A DNA stretch of 53,573 bases, filler included, from Sphacelaria rigidula (Eukaryota): the NCBI GenBank assembly GCA_964200075.2. It is 5 parts of 5 records of this genome, joined end to end, with 100 filler letters (N's around TTAATTAATTAA, not from the genome) between each part and the next. Parts side by side here need not be neighbours in the genome. Positions count along the whole stretch, not along the records: positions 32,208 to 42,840 come from CAXNAA020006168.1; positions 42,941 to 53,573 come from CAXNAA020006169.1; 3 more parts are not named here. One strand, given 5' to 3'. Numbering within the stretch: the first letter of the stretch is position 1; every line of letters begins with the position of its first letter. This document shows positions 36,164 to 49,107 of the stretch, piece by piece. The notes under the pieces are model-generated. The model had not been told where the DNA came from. It ran no database searches and saw only the letters and a program-made list of their open reading frames with translations. The position numbers and the translations under genes are program-made.

Positions 36164-38089
36164 AGTTCAAAGTGTTCAGACTTCTCCTAACGTGAATCGT
36201 CGGAGAAAATATCAAGCTGCTTCACTTTCGGAGAACGCTGAACGCCGGGTCTGAAAACGCCAAACACTTCAGGCGTCTCCGAGAACACAGCGTCGGTAAT
36301 AATGGGCCTTAGTAGGTCGACAACCCTGCTACACAGAGTGCCATGTCGTCGAGTTTGCAGATGATGCAGGATTGGATTCGGGGGTCGCTCACCCGGCTAT
36401 CGTCGACCTTACGACGGTGGCCTCGATTTTTGTTTGTACTGTAAATCGACGTTGATGCTGTAGCTCAAGCATAGGGGGTGCAGTGTTGTGCCCTATGATC
36501 GGGCACCTGTCTGTCGCCGACCGAATATTCTGGATCGCGCCGAACTTGCGGCGGGAGAGCAGTCGCATTTGGCGTTTCATGTCCGTGAAGTTGACATTAG
36601 ACGGGTCAGCAACCATCTTCAAGTCTTACACATCGCACCCCTTGTGCTCGAGGTAGTACGAACTTCGACTCAAAACATGGTACATGCGCACCCCGCGAGA
36701 ACGACGGTGGCGAGGCAGATATAACTTTTGAACCCACGCTTGCGTCCGCTGTGAAGTTGCGCTACTATCCATGTTCGATTTGCCAACACTCAGCCACATC
36801 CGTTTCTCGAGAGTGACAATGGCCGAACTGAACCCTCTATGCTCTGAGGGTACATCGCATAGTTGTCCCCTGCGAAAGAATCCTCAGCAGGGTGTGCAGT
36901 GCATATCTCTGCCGCGAACTGTACCCATCGCCTTACCCTGCATTGAGCACCAGGCGAGCCGAGCGGTAGATACATCGGCACGTACCACGGTCCCTCAGCA
37001 CCATGAAATAATGGGGATATCCGCACACCACCTCTCGCCCCAAGCATCGCAATGGCCGGTTATAGCCAACACGGAATGAATACCACCAATATTCAAAGCG
37101 GAATGGAGCAGGCTATGTACAGTACAGTATCTACCCCTTAGCCTTTGCCCAACACCGACCTAGCGCGGGGCAATTACTGCCTCTTCGCCTTGGATGTACG
37201 CCGCAGCACGTTGCCACCTGCACCTGCTACGTGTGTCACGTAGCGCGTTCATGTTGTTTCTGCCGTCGCTCTGTAACACTAGAGCCATAGCTTCGGAGAA
37301 GGCGCTGCCACCGCATATATCACCCAAGGTCACCTGCATGTGTGAGAAGTGGGGAGTAAAATGTGAGATTTGTCAGGACGTTTTGCTCTTCGAACAGGCA
37401 TTGATTGGGCCGCTTCAACCGTGTTGTGCTGTCCTTGTTACGCTGTCCCCTCAATATTTTTTCGCACGCTCTCGTCCTAGCGACGACCGTCGAGATGGTG
37501 AGCTTGAGGATACTGGGTCGTCTACGTGATCGCTTGAGGGGTAGGTCTCCACAAAAGGCTGGCGAAAGCAGCCGGGGTGCAGAACACGCGTTCTCAATTG
37601 CTACGATCAGGCGAGTGGAAATCACAGTTTTGGACACCGGGCCGTGGCGGCACTGTACTGTTGTGTCTGTGTTCATTGTAGGGAATCCAGACATCTGTCC
37701 TGTATTTCCCAATATTTCTGCTGTATGTTTAGAGTACTGGTGAAGTGTTGTGCTCACACAGAGCTGCGAAGGTGATCTGCCATTCTTCACTGTTGACGTC
37801 GTACCCATTCATTCTGCCCTCAGATGCTCTACTGCTGAACGAATCTTGCGCACGTTACGGTAGCTGTAAAATTACTTGATTCTTTTTCACGGGTGAAACA
37901 CACACCTGTACCTGCGGCAGGCGGGCTTCATCTCCAAGATGGATTTTGTTCATGAGATGGAGGGGTGAGCGCTACAGCACCCACCGGAATGATCTGTTAC
38001 CCAAGAGGAGCTTTCAGGATGTGCATCCCAGTACCCGTCGGAGTGGCATCATGTTGACGTGGATGAACGATGCACCTCGCAGTACCGTA

Positions 38090-39430
38090 CTGTTGTGGTC
38101 CCGGTTTACCGGTACCTGGTGTCAAGAGGGTAAATTATCGCTAAACCGGGACCAGCCGCTAATCCGGTTTAGCGGTATTAACCGCTAAACCGGGTGAAAC
38201 CCGTCAAGTCGGTACAAGAGCAGTGTTATCTTTAATGACGTGCAATTTCGATTGTGTCATGCGTGGCTGCTGTATACAGCAGTACAGTACTACACAGCAG
38301 TAGAACCAATTGTACGATTACGCTGCGATAGTGCGCAAAAGACTGCAAATGTCGACCAAAACTTTATACAGTACAGTACTGTTGTACAGCATTACTGCTG
38401 CACTTCGAAGCAAGAAAATTCATGAAGAAACAAACCTGTGCCCCTCCCCCCACCTGGCTCACACCATTTCACCATCCTGATACTTGCACACCACAACTGC
38501 TGGAGACCCCTTTTACTGATGTATGCTACAGCAAGTCCTCTTCCTAACACGAGTCCAGTACTGTATACTTCAGCAAAATGAAACGAAGCAAGATGTTCAA
38601 TCAAATATTGTGCATCGGGTGAAGAGCAGTATCGACCACGACTTGGAAAACATGTCCTGATGTATGTCTGCTTTGTTGGTCTAGAAGCGTACGCCGCAAG
38701 AAAATACATATTCGCCTTGCGAAGATGGAACCCTGCGTCTCCGATACCACACGACTCTGCGTACTGCTCTAGCTGCCCAAAAAGCGACGAGATATCCGAG
38801 TACGGCGGTGGCGCCATCGACAAATCTTGTCCCGCAGTCTCAACGTCCTGCTGAGAGCCTCCTCCCCGCGGATTTTTGCGCTTGGCCGCACTCGAGCTGC
38901 CCCTTTCAGTGTTGCTTGGAGGATACGATTCATCTCGTTACCCTCAGGATCCTCCACCTCGCCGCAACAGCCATGGAGGCGGCGTCCACACCCAACGCGA
39001 CACGGATGCCCGTTGGGCTTAATTGGTGTCATATTGGGAAACTTGCAGAACTCTAATGCTGCGCACGGCATGGTTTCAACGGGTAGCTGCCGCTCGCAGT
39101 GCTGTATGTAGCTAGCTGTGTGTGTCGTGTGTTTGCAGCATATGTTTGTGTCGTGTGTTTACAGCACCTGTGTGTGTCGCTCGTCTACAGCAGCAGGGAC
39201 TCGACAACTACTGCTGCTGCAATGCCGCTGTACAGCGGTACAGTACAGTACTGTGGAGCACACTACCGCTATTCCGGATTCAACCGCCCTAAATAACCGC
39301 TAAAATGGTCACCGTCCGGTTTAGCGGTTCTGCAACCCCTAAACCGGGAAGAAGCGGTGTCAGCCGAACTTTTACCGCTAAATCGGTACCATCCGCGAAA
39401 CAGGTTACCGCTAAACCGGGACCACTACTG
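38090..39430 (-). mobile_element. Internally deleted pogo/Tigger-like DNA transposon (~1.34 kb)
   Basis: TA-flanked TIRs, C(A/T)GT(A/T)GTGGTCCCGGTTTA(G/C)CGGTA.CCTG, at both ends, with multiple subterminal accgctaaaccgg motifs. A minus-strand peptide remnant ends in RPTKQTYIRTCF, resembling the C-terminal PIP-box of pogo transposases. Confidence 0.75.
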
Positions 39431-41635
39431 TATCCCGAGAACTCGCTCGCCTGCTGTATAATCTAGCAGACGACAGGGATGTGTCATCTCACGTCACACC
39501 CGCAACATATTAAAATACCACTAATACTGTACCCTGCTGGCAGCTCTATATGTTCCTACGCACGAGCCAAACAGGTCCCGACACATCAAAATAGTATAGA
39601 CCATGTACAATGTTAGATGCTGTGATGTTCGCCGTGCCCACACTCCTCGCAGGACTACAGTACAGGACAGTACCGTACCGTACCGTACCGTACCATACAC
39701 ATAGAGTACCTCGTCAGCACCGTACCGTGCGACAGTCATGTAGAGGTACTGATGTCCGCGATTCCGTCGAGAACGGTGTACGTGCACCCGGCTGGACCGC
39801 CGTCTTCACAACACCGTATTTCATTTTTCGCAGTTCAGTACAGAACTGAATTGCGCAGGTAGGGCATGGTGCACGCAAGAGGCAGCACTGCTGAATCACA
39901 GTGTAGTGCAGTCAACGCACGTCTCACGCTTCCGCGAGTAGTTGTAGTACGAGCTGGTTGACGGCTTTGACCCCAAACTCACTCATCAGTTACCACGTTT
40001 CGCAATATCTACCCAATAGTCACATACACGGTATCATATTAACCGCAATGAACAATCGAAGAAGGTGACAACGCCAGATTTTTGTTCAAGGCCATCAAGG
40101 TGGCGCGAGGGGGGAAATGTGCCTTGATCAATCAGCGCCCTTCAAATTATTCTGAATTTGAAATATAAATTACCAGCACGAATTTCACCCAATATTCACA
40201 TGCTTCAATCCTAGTATCCACTATATCAGCCCGGGAATCTGACTGAAATCGCAGATTTGAAAACGGATACCATGGGATCGAATTTACTCTAAAACGTGGT
40301 ATTTTGGTGATATGGTCTTTTTTTGGCGTCGTTGAACTTCCACTAATGATATGCACCAAAGATTCAGAAGCCTCCTGATGGTTTCTCTTTCACCTGTCCC
40401 AAAAACACTCTTCACCTGTCCCAAAAACACTCAGACCGCACTCAAATGTGACCATTCGGTATGTATTGGTGCTTCAAATTGAAAAACAAATTGTGTCGAG
40501 TATCAGAGAGTTTCGGGAAACGTTCTTTCCCATCTTAGAGTCAGAGTGGGAGGAAAAATAGCCGGTAACCGTGCACATTCCACTCTGAGTTTTTTCTTAG
40601 AGCGGTTGTTTCAGAGTCAGAGTACCGTTTGTACCTCTTCACTCTGAGAACCGTTGTTCCTCTTCGGAGTTCATAGCGGAACGAAAAAGAACCACGCGCA
40701 CCTCCACCACGATGGTCTCGTCCAGAGTGTACGGTGCCTACGTGGGCCGCAGGGTGCGGTACAGTCAGTGTCGTGCCGGTCTATGCATTTTCGAACTAGA
40801 CGCTGGTCGATCGTACATTTGGCGGGGCAACCTGCGGCCAATCACTGCGACGAAAGAAATCACGTCAAGCCACGTCACACCAGCTTCCGCCATTAACTTT
40901 TTAACGTGCACTCTGAAGTTTCGACGCTTCCACTCTGCAATCTGACTCTATGTTAAACAAAATCATCTTCCAAAACTTCTTATTATTCTATTTTTTCGCA
41001 TTTTACCGGCTTCCTCCGGATGTCTTCACGCCGGAATCCTCGGAAGGCGGTACGCAAAATGCCTCAGAACAAGAAATATAAATATATATATACGTCCCCC
41101 GGCAGTCCAAGGAACACTTGTACGGCAGTTCGTTGCGTGACTGAAGAAGCTGATGCGATGAATCTTTTTCACGTTACGCATATCCCAATAAATCGCTGCC
41201 GTACCAAATTCAAGTACTCAAGCGTTTGTACCTCTCGAGCTCACTTCATCGCACAAAGGCGCAAATGTTCACACCAATTCTTGAAGCTAAGCCTGAAAAA
41301 TTATGCAAAGATGACTAGAGTTCGGCACCCTAACCCCAGAACAAGCAGAGCCAAGGATTTTTTGCAAAAACGTGGCGAGACTAATTAGTTGGGGCAAAAG
41401 ATCGAGGCGGCGGAGGGGGGCAGTTGCGACGAACCACAAACCCTTCACCCGTCTGTGACCGCAGCAACCACTGCAACGGCCGCACTAGTGTGGCTGAGGG
41501 GGTATGTAGCCGGAGGATCTGCGTTATTTATTTGGCGTGATCATGTTTACTTGCTTGCTCGAATCATCTTGAATCGTCAAAGAAAGATTGTTGATGAATT
41601 CATCAAAAACAACACTCAACACTGCTCAAACCACT

Positions 41636-41987
41636 GCACACCATCCAAGTTTATTCATGAAACACGCGAACGAACCACGCACGGCTCGTGCGCATTGTTT
41701 CGACAACGTCTTGCTGAGCAACTGACGCCCCAAAGGCTGATAAAAAGTTGTCTCGTTTGAGAAAAAAAAAATCAAATCAGGAGCTGCTGGGGGGAGTAGT
41801 GTGGGTCCAGGGATATTATTTCCACCTGCCCTTGGCACACCATCCAAGTTTATTCATGAAACACACAAACGAACCACGCACGGCTCGTGCGCATTGTGTC
41901 GACAACGTCTTGCTGAGCAACTGACGCCCCAAAGGCTGATAAAAAGCTGTCTCGTTTGAGAAAAAATAGATAAAATCAGGAGCGGCT

Positions 41988-42030
<43 letters not shown>

Positions 42031-42071
42031 GGTGGTGGGGGTCCAGGGATATTTGTTTCACCCGCCCTTGG
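41636..42071. repeat. Tandem duplication of a ~199-bp unit; second copy has a 42-nt G run
   Basis: gcacaccatccaagtttattcatgaaacac...ccacctgcccttgg starts at 41636 and at 41835; the G run spans 41988-42029. Confidence 0.9.
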
Positions 42072-42840
42072 GTCATTACAAAATATTCGATGGATGGGTT
42101 CTTCGATTTTTCTCTCGCCCACTTTCGGACGTCTCAGGAGGGCACGTGACTCCACAGGACCCTGGGACCGAGATGATCGGCGATTGCTCTCCCAAAAAAC
42201 CCACCCCTCGAGAGTTTATAATGACCGGCAATGTGTAAGTACGCACATCTTGAAAGTCTAACTACAAGATTCAGTGTGAACATTGCACACCCTGGACAAT
42301 AGATTACGTTGTAAAAACGTGCACTACCTACAGTATCGACTAGTGCGTATATTGCATTAGACAATAGATTTCATACTGTACGAATTGCCGTTCTTGACGA
42401 TGCAGCCTGTTGTCCAGGGCATGGATCATTGGCGGATGAATACATTTCGAGTCACAACCGTGACCCAGCCTGTAGTTGGGCGGGTGTGCATCAAGGGCAA
42501 ACGTGACAAGAAACCATACGGCAACGGCCGGCAGGTTTTCTGCCACCGCCGCTGCTGAACACCGCCAGACGCGTAGTGTATGGTGGGCACATGCAGACGC
42601 CAGCGAATCAGCACACGGTGCGTCAGAACTGTACGGAAGTCGGAGACACGATGCCACAGGTCTATCGGCGTTGCGTTTTGTATAGAGACGGGAGCGTGAA
42701 ATGCCTCACAGGCATCTGACGAACACCCACAAGATAAACACCTGACACCTAAGAAACTTTATTTTCAAATTCCCATATAACAGCCGATCATCTGTGTTGA
42801 GGATGGTGCTTTTCATTGAGGATGAGAACCCGGAGGATTA

Positions 42841-42940
42841 NNNNNNNNNNNNNNNNNNNNNNNNNNNNNNNNNNNNNNNNNNNNTTAATTAATTAANNNN
42901 NNNNNNNNNNNNNNNNNNNNNNNNNNNNNNNNNNNNNNNN
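42841..42940. other. Artificial contig linker
   Basis: 44N-TTAATTAATTAA-44N. Confidence 0.98.
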
Positions 42941-42961
42941 CTACTACTACTACTACTACTA

Positions 42962-42999
<38 letters not shown>
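42941..42999. repeat. (CTA)n microsatellite at contig start
   Basis: Direct reading of the sequence. Confidence 0.9.
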
Positions 43000-44527
43000 G
43001 TTGCTATTGAGATAGCATATAATTATTTCATGTTTCTTCTTTTTGTAATTGTTATAAATATTCTTAGGGTGCTCTACTGCGGTGGTAACTAACATGATCC
43101 GAAAATCGCCCGAAATATGACTGTGGGTATCAATTTCTAGGGTCAAGCGTTATTGATCACTTGCTTTTTGCGCTCGATCCCTGTTGTTCATGTACTTATT
43201 TTTGAGGCACCGCTTATTGCCTGAGAGTCAGGATTGAGCGAGAAAACAGCTGGCTCTGTACTTCTTTGGCAAAAAATCCGATTCTTTGATGAAAATCTCT
43301 TCTTTTTTGTACGTTTTCCCGACTTGTTTTTGTCTACACGAGTCTCGATAATAAGGGAGAAAACGGACCGTTTGTACCCGTTACGGTCAAAATATCCAAC
43401 CCTCGACGAAAACAAACTTCCTTCACTGTTGTTGTTTTCTACAGTCTACCAATCATCTTACATTCAAGGTTTTCGAATAGCTCTCAATACCGAGCGAGAC
43501 CATCGTCGTTGCTAGTACTCTTATCATCATCAATATCGATATCATCATCGTTATATTCCTTGTTGTTGTTGTGACCACTATCATAAGTATCATCATTTCC
43601 CGTAAGTACGCTTTTCGCCAAAAACCATATTATCAAATCTAGCCTGAATATTTCAACCCTTCAGCAGCCGCAACCCACTGTGAGAACCGAAAGAGCCTGC
43701 TCTAGGGTGGTCGGGAGGGGATATATAGTCGATATCGCTGATGATAACGAATGTGGTATGATCCCCGTACCACTGAGTACAGGTCTGCAGGCGACAACAA
43801 TGCAGCTCCGTCACCGTTGAGCAGAGCAGTTTTAGGTTGGTCCAAACACAGGGAAGGACGGTATTGCAACAACAGCATGCTGTGTCGCGGACCACCCTTG
43901 ACAAGTGCAAATGGTCAGAAAGCACGATGCTAGTGTAGTACTATTGTAGTATAGTACTACAAATAGTACTATTATTGTATAGTCAGAAGCCACGTGTCTT
44001 GTCTTCGGGATACCTATTCATAGTTAATTGTTCATACTGTAGTTCACAGCAAGTCTGTTTTCCCGTGGCCACATTGCTTATTGCCTATCGCTTATCGCCT
44101 CTGCCATGCGCTGGCCACGCAAGCCAGGATGGTGTGGGAGGAAAGCCAATGTGTGGTTTCCGTCGGTGGGCATGTCTAGCGGGATAATCTCCCCCCATTT
44201 ATGGCCATGAGGGCACGGCTACGGCGCGCCAACAGTATGATCAGACGCAGAAGTGAACGTTCGACTGCGTTGTTTTTCGTTACGCTCGTCCTTAGGCTTG
44301 CCTACCAGTTGGCGGGTCTACGCTGGGGGAAGTGTTCCGACATTGCCGGTACGTGCTAAAATCACATCATCACGGAAAAAACGTACTGGATTGTAGGAGC
44401 AACTATTATGCTCTTGACCGTGACTTGAGGACAAGTAATGTCAACTGGCACGGTGGCACAGCCTTCCTTACGTCCGTCGTTACCCAGCTGGTACTTTACT
44501 CTTTTTTCGGGCTGGGTCGGTCGGTGT

Positions 44528-44738
44528 TGTAATGCGTGAGAGGACCGCGTGCTTAAAGGACCGCATCGGAGTTTGAACATCCCTATGGTTAGGGTTAGGG
44601 TTAGGGTTAGTGTTAGGGTTGGGGTCAGGGGCGTGGTACCTGCAGGGACTGGCCCGATTGGTTTTGAAAAACGTCGATCCTGAGGTGTTTTGAACTACGG
44701 CGCGGTCCTCTAAGCACGCGATCCTCTCACGCATCACA
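44528..44738. mobile_element. ~210-bp TGT...ACA MITE with TTAGGG repeats, copy 2
   Basis: Same TIR and body as 33431; exact 5-bp flanking duplication GGTGT (44523-44527 and 44739-44743); internal (TTAGGG)3-TTAGTG-TTAGGG-TTGGGG. Confidence 0.88.
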
Positions 44739-45986
44739 GGTGTGCTCTTGACCCATGTGATTTCTCCACACGATGTGGAATATCTGAAAGTAAACGACCA
44801 CGTGTCTCTTCTCGCGGCTGTTTCCGCATGGGCTGCTGTAGGGTTCATGACAAACGCAATTGCTTCGTTGATGACTAATGGCTGGTCGTCATCCATACAC
44901 CTGTGATCGTTGATAATTCATGGTTAGCACTCATTCATACTGTACTGTCATGGTTATGTCTTCTCTTCCATCGCGTTCTTCATATCACCATGTCCCAATA
45001 CCCACACACACACGAAAACATTGTCCGGTACGTGTAACAGTAGGGACGGCGTACGGCTCTGCCCATTGTTCAACGCTCAAAACCGCGGGTCGCGTGATTG
45101 TTGCCAAATAAACAAAATCGTTTACGGTCGTTTGCTTTAAGTTTTTCGTAGTGCACTTACCGTTGCACGGTAAGACGAGAATATCATGGCGTGTGGCGAT
45201 ATCGCATGAGTAGAGTACCAAACAGGAGTACGGATCAAAGCATTAGGCTAGGGTAACAAGACTCTACAGTGCCTTGTCTCCACAACCTTCAAAACGGGAA
45301 AATATTAGATAAACGGTGCATGCAGGTTACAACTGCAGCAATACCTAACGTTTTAGACCATAGCTGAGCCGTGCTTGCGTCTATATTATCGACTTTTTCA
45401 CCCGGAAGGGGCTTCTCCAAGGTTGTGTTCCGTAGGGCATACCGCACAGGCTGAAATTCGGGTACTGTAGGTAAAGAGGTATAATAAAAGCGGTATTCTA
45501 TCGACAAACATCCTTCTGAAACTATACCAGAGTGTTCACAACAGGGCTCGATACCCTGCCGAACCATACCGAAATACTCGGTACACATCGTGACCCAACC
45601 AAAACTCCCCCACTGCCGGATACTTGCTCCGTCTCGAAAGGGATGCGTGGTCAATGGTCAAATGACTAAGGCAAGCAACAAATGAGTACTGCCGGGTACT
45701 GTATACTACACATACCCTACAGAACACAACCTTGGTCTGTCTACTCTGTAATCACAAGCCTTGTGCGTCACTCGGAGCAAGGAACCGACGAGCGGTTTTC
45801 TGTATTGCACTGTGACAGGACCCGAAACCTCGTGCGACGTGCACAAATCATACGAGCTGGTTCTTAAGCAGCAGCACGTCTGATTCTCCCAGACATCGAC
45901 CGAAGGGCACATTTTTGTGGCATTTTTCAATGGTCAGCAACTAGAGAAGGTCCGACCGAGTCGCGCACCACACTCCTCACACTCAC

Positions 45987-47355
45987 CCTCCGTCTCCCAT
46001 ATCTCGCTTGTGACGAGAACGCTTCCTGCAACCGATCCGCAGCAGACGCGCTGCTTCCATCTTCTGACAAGCTCCTTCTAGCACGCTGCCCGATCCCATC
46101 GTACCGTACACCAACCAACTCACGGAGAGACAAGGTTTCTGTGTTGTTGGCGGGAGCAAACAAGGTGGAAGGTGATTGCGGGCTTTCAAGGTGATACGGA
46201 TGACACATTTATCTCGGGCCGAAGTGTTGGTTATTGGAAGTATCATGGGGCGGGGCGGGGAGCGGGAGGATAAACGTCCTGACCGATATTATATCCGGAC
46301 GGTTTTCTGTAAAAGTCAGCACCTCACAATTTTACAAAGAACGCTTCTGGGCATGTTAACGGCATCACCATCGCAGTATTCCACGAATTAAGTGAGATGG
46401 ATATGTTGAACTAGCCTCACAACCATCACACCGTTTCAAAACCTAGCCCATATTTTACTGCAAGAAACAATGGCAATGAACGCGTACGCTCGGCGCAAAG
46501 CACGTTTTATTCAAGAGCCACCCGACAGTGCGGCGTACGTGAACTGTTCCCCCAAGTAGCCGTCGTAAAACGTTGCTGCAGGCCGTCGAGAGTGGTCAGA
46601 ATGCTCCTCACGTCGGCATCAAGCGAGAATGTGCCTGATAAATATACAACATGTGCCATTGTACATACATAGTCTGCATGAAAGCCCTACCTGTTTGGGG
46701 CATACATACAAGTTTCAGCCACTTCATGGTCGAATGAACAGCTTTGGGGAACCAATCTCAGTTCTTGAAAAGCACACATGGTACAAGACATCGGGATCGC
46801 GTTTCTGACGAGTATCGCAGTGCATACCTTCGGACCTCACGGACGGGTGAGTACCTGCTGACTCGCTCGGAGAAGCTGCGCTTGCTTCGCAACGTTCCAT
46901 GGCTGGCGCAGCCCCAATCCCGGCATTGACACTCCCATTATCCTCCTGCACTACCACACCGCGTTCTTGCTGTCTGCTGAGCGCCCACTGGTTTCGACGG
47001 CACAGGAGTGCACACGCCACAACCATGACCGTACCGGCCGCAAATGCACACACCGCCTCGTGCCGGATTTGCGGCGGAGTCAAGTCATGCACAAGTGCCG
47101 TACCCAAGGGAGCCGGAGTGGTAGGTGCTTGGCACTGAGCCATGCATATGGGTTGAGAATGTGGACGGGGATCTCTCGAGGGGGATGGCGAAAAAACCAG
47201 AGCTTGGCTGTCTCCCCCATTCCGTGTTTTTTGCTGCTGCTCCTGCTGCGCCTCTTCCGAAGGAGATTGGTCCGGCGTGCAGACGCACTCATCATGTTGT
47301 TGCTGCCATGACCACGACCAAAGCACCAGAGCCTTCTCATCACCACCCTTGTGGC

Positions 47356-47401
<46 letters not shown>

Positions 47402-47551
47402 GCTGTCGCGTCTAATGCTGGATCTCCGACTGCCAAGACCATTCGGGCGCGAGAGCGATGTCATCCTAGATACGGACACCCCTACTTCGACCGCCGGCTT
47501 GATGGTGTGACCTGTTACGTGATTGCTGTGTACGTGTGTACGTGTTTCCAA
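45987..47551 (-). CDS. Hypothetical spliced protein with poly-Asn tract and one predicted transmembrane segment (partial model)
   Basis: A long ORF exon from ~47551 to 46828 (G|GTATGC) contains AVCAFAAGTVMVVACALLCRR. It is followed by phase-compatible exons 46634-46539 (TFSLDADVRSILTTLDGLQQRF) and 46138-45987 (TLSLRELVGVRYDGIG...|GTGAGT). The start, end and family are not recognised. Confidence 0.5.
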
Positions 47552-49019
47552 TACCGGAGAAGGGCAGGGAGAAGTAAGGTCACAACATAAACCGTACGAT
47601 TACCAGCTACAAATCGCGCCAAAAATGATGTGTAGGCCATGCTCATATAGGTCATGCCAATGGTGCAGAGAAAGCGATAGGCGGAGGCATATAGGTGAAG
47701 TGTTGGATAACGCGGTACGGTACGGTGGAGGTGGTGCGGTCCGGTGAAGGTGGTACAATAGCGAAGAAGGCAAACTAACGATTTCAGCAAAAACGGCGTT
47801 CAAAGGAAACCGCCGGATTATGCAGACACGGATATCCACCCCCCACGGCGTCTGTTGCTCGTTTGTATGATAAAAAACAGTAGTAAGAACGACAAGAACA
47901 ACAAGCACAACAGCAACAAGAACAGTAGCAACAGCGATAGCAAAAATGATGATGATAAGTATATCTATCCTTGTGTTATTCATGCTTTTCTCCTTGCCAT
48001 TATTTTGCCTTGTTATTTCTTGTTTACGAGATCCTCTGTTTTTCTTTTTATATATCGCCTCTGTCTTTTCCGGGCTCCCTTTCGCGGGTGTATCGGTTTT
48101 GTTTACCCTAGTAGGTATATCTATATCTTCACCTGTATCTATATCTATTCATCTTGTGAATGCAGCTGGATTCCTCGGGGGTTGGTGTAGTTAACGTGCG
48201 ACAATCTATCCATCCATCCATGCAACAATGGCTCACTGAATATCTGAACAAAAGAGGGGAAAAAAGCGCACAAGTCTACAATGACAAGGACACCAAAATG
48301 ACCCGCAAATGAAGGGAAATAGTTGGAAAGCAGCTCCAATTTATCACATGTGCGGTCATCCGCCTACCGTGTGCTACTCCCAGACTCTCACCGTTTTGAT
48401 TCCTCGCATGCAAACATTGATCAAGGGAAACCTTGACTCACTTACGGGATACGGACATCGCGTATCCGGCGATCGTGCTTCAAGCGGCGTAACACTTGTA
48501 CGCTCGGGAGTGACTTTCGAAATGGCAGTGATGGTAGTGCATGCACCGTTACGAGTACGCTACTCCACGCACTTGTCACGAACGTCCACTGGAGTCGAGG
48601 TGGTGGGTGCACATATCCTTGGGGATTGAATGAGTTAGCAATGTCAGAGTCGACAAACATTTCGTTGTCCACTGCAATGAGGACCCCTAGACAGTTATGA
48701 TGTTCCAAAGCCACTCGCGTTTGGTCCCGTGTTCCTAGTCTGAAATATCCTGACACTTGTGGATTAGTTCATCATCGTTCATCGTTCAAGGGGGGGGTAA
48801 CCTTTTGTAGAACCTCCAACCCCTCCCCTTCCTCGCGAAAGAGTACGTGGTGTCAACCAATCAACCCGTCTTTTCCCCGACACACGTCTTGCGTATTGGC
48901 AAAGTATCGCGCATCGGACTAGCACCCCCCCCACCACTTGGAAACTCTCGTCAAATCTCCTCTTTCTGCTACATCATTCACGTTCTCACGTTTCCGACAA
49001 CGGGTATCGCATTCTTTTC

Positions 49020-49107
49020 CCGGGAAAAAAAAGAGCATATATCGGGAATCGAACCTGCACAATTTCGACCCGATGGCTTGAATTGAGTCATAAGACCACC
49101 GGGGCGC
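49020..49107 (-). mobile_element. Degenerate tRNA-like SINE head
   Basis: The minus strand reads CGCCCCGGTGGTCTTATG...GGTTCGATTCCCG, similar to the SINE heads elsewhere in the window. Confidence 0.45.

Noticed and set aside
36300..37810. Several 80-160 aa ORFs that might be retroelement or viral remnants
   Set aside because: No recognisable RT, integrase, capsid or other motif in any frame; cannot be supported without a search.
40536..40950. Possible hAT MITE bounded by TAGAGTCAGA / TCTGACTCTA
   Set aside because: Only a 10-bp inverted match and no target-site duplication; too weak to call.
47277..47590. Poly-Leu, poly-Val and poly-Cys ORFs on the plus strand
   Set aside because: Alternative-frame readings of the (TTG)n microsatellite that encodes poly-Asn on the minus strand.
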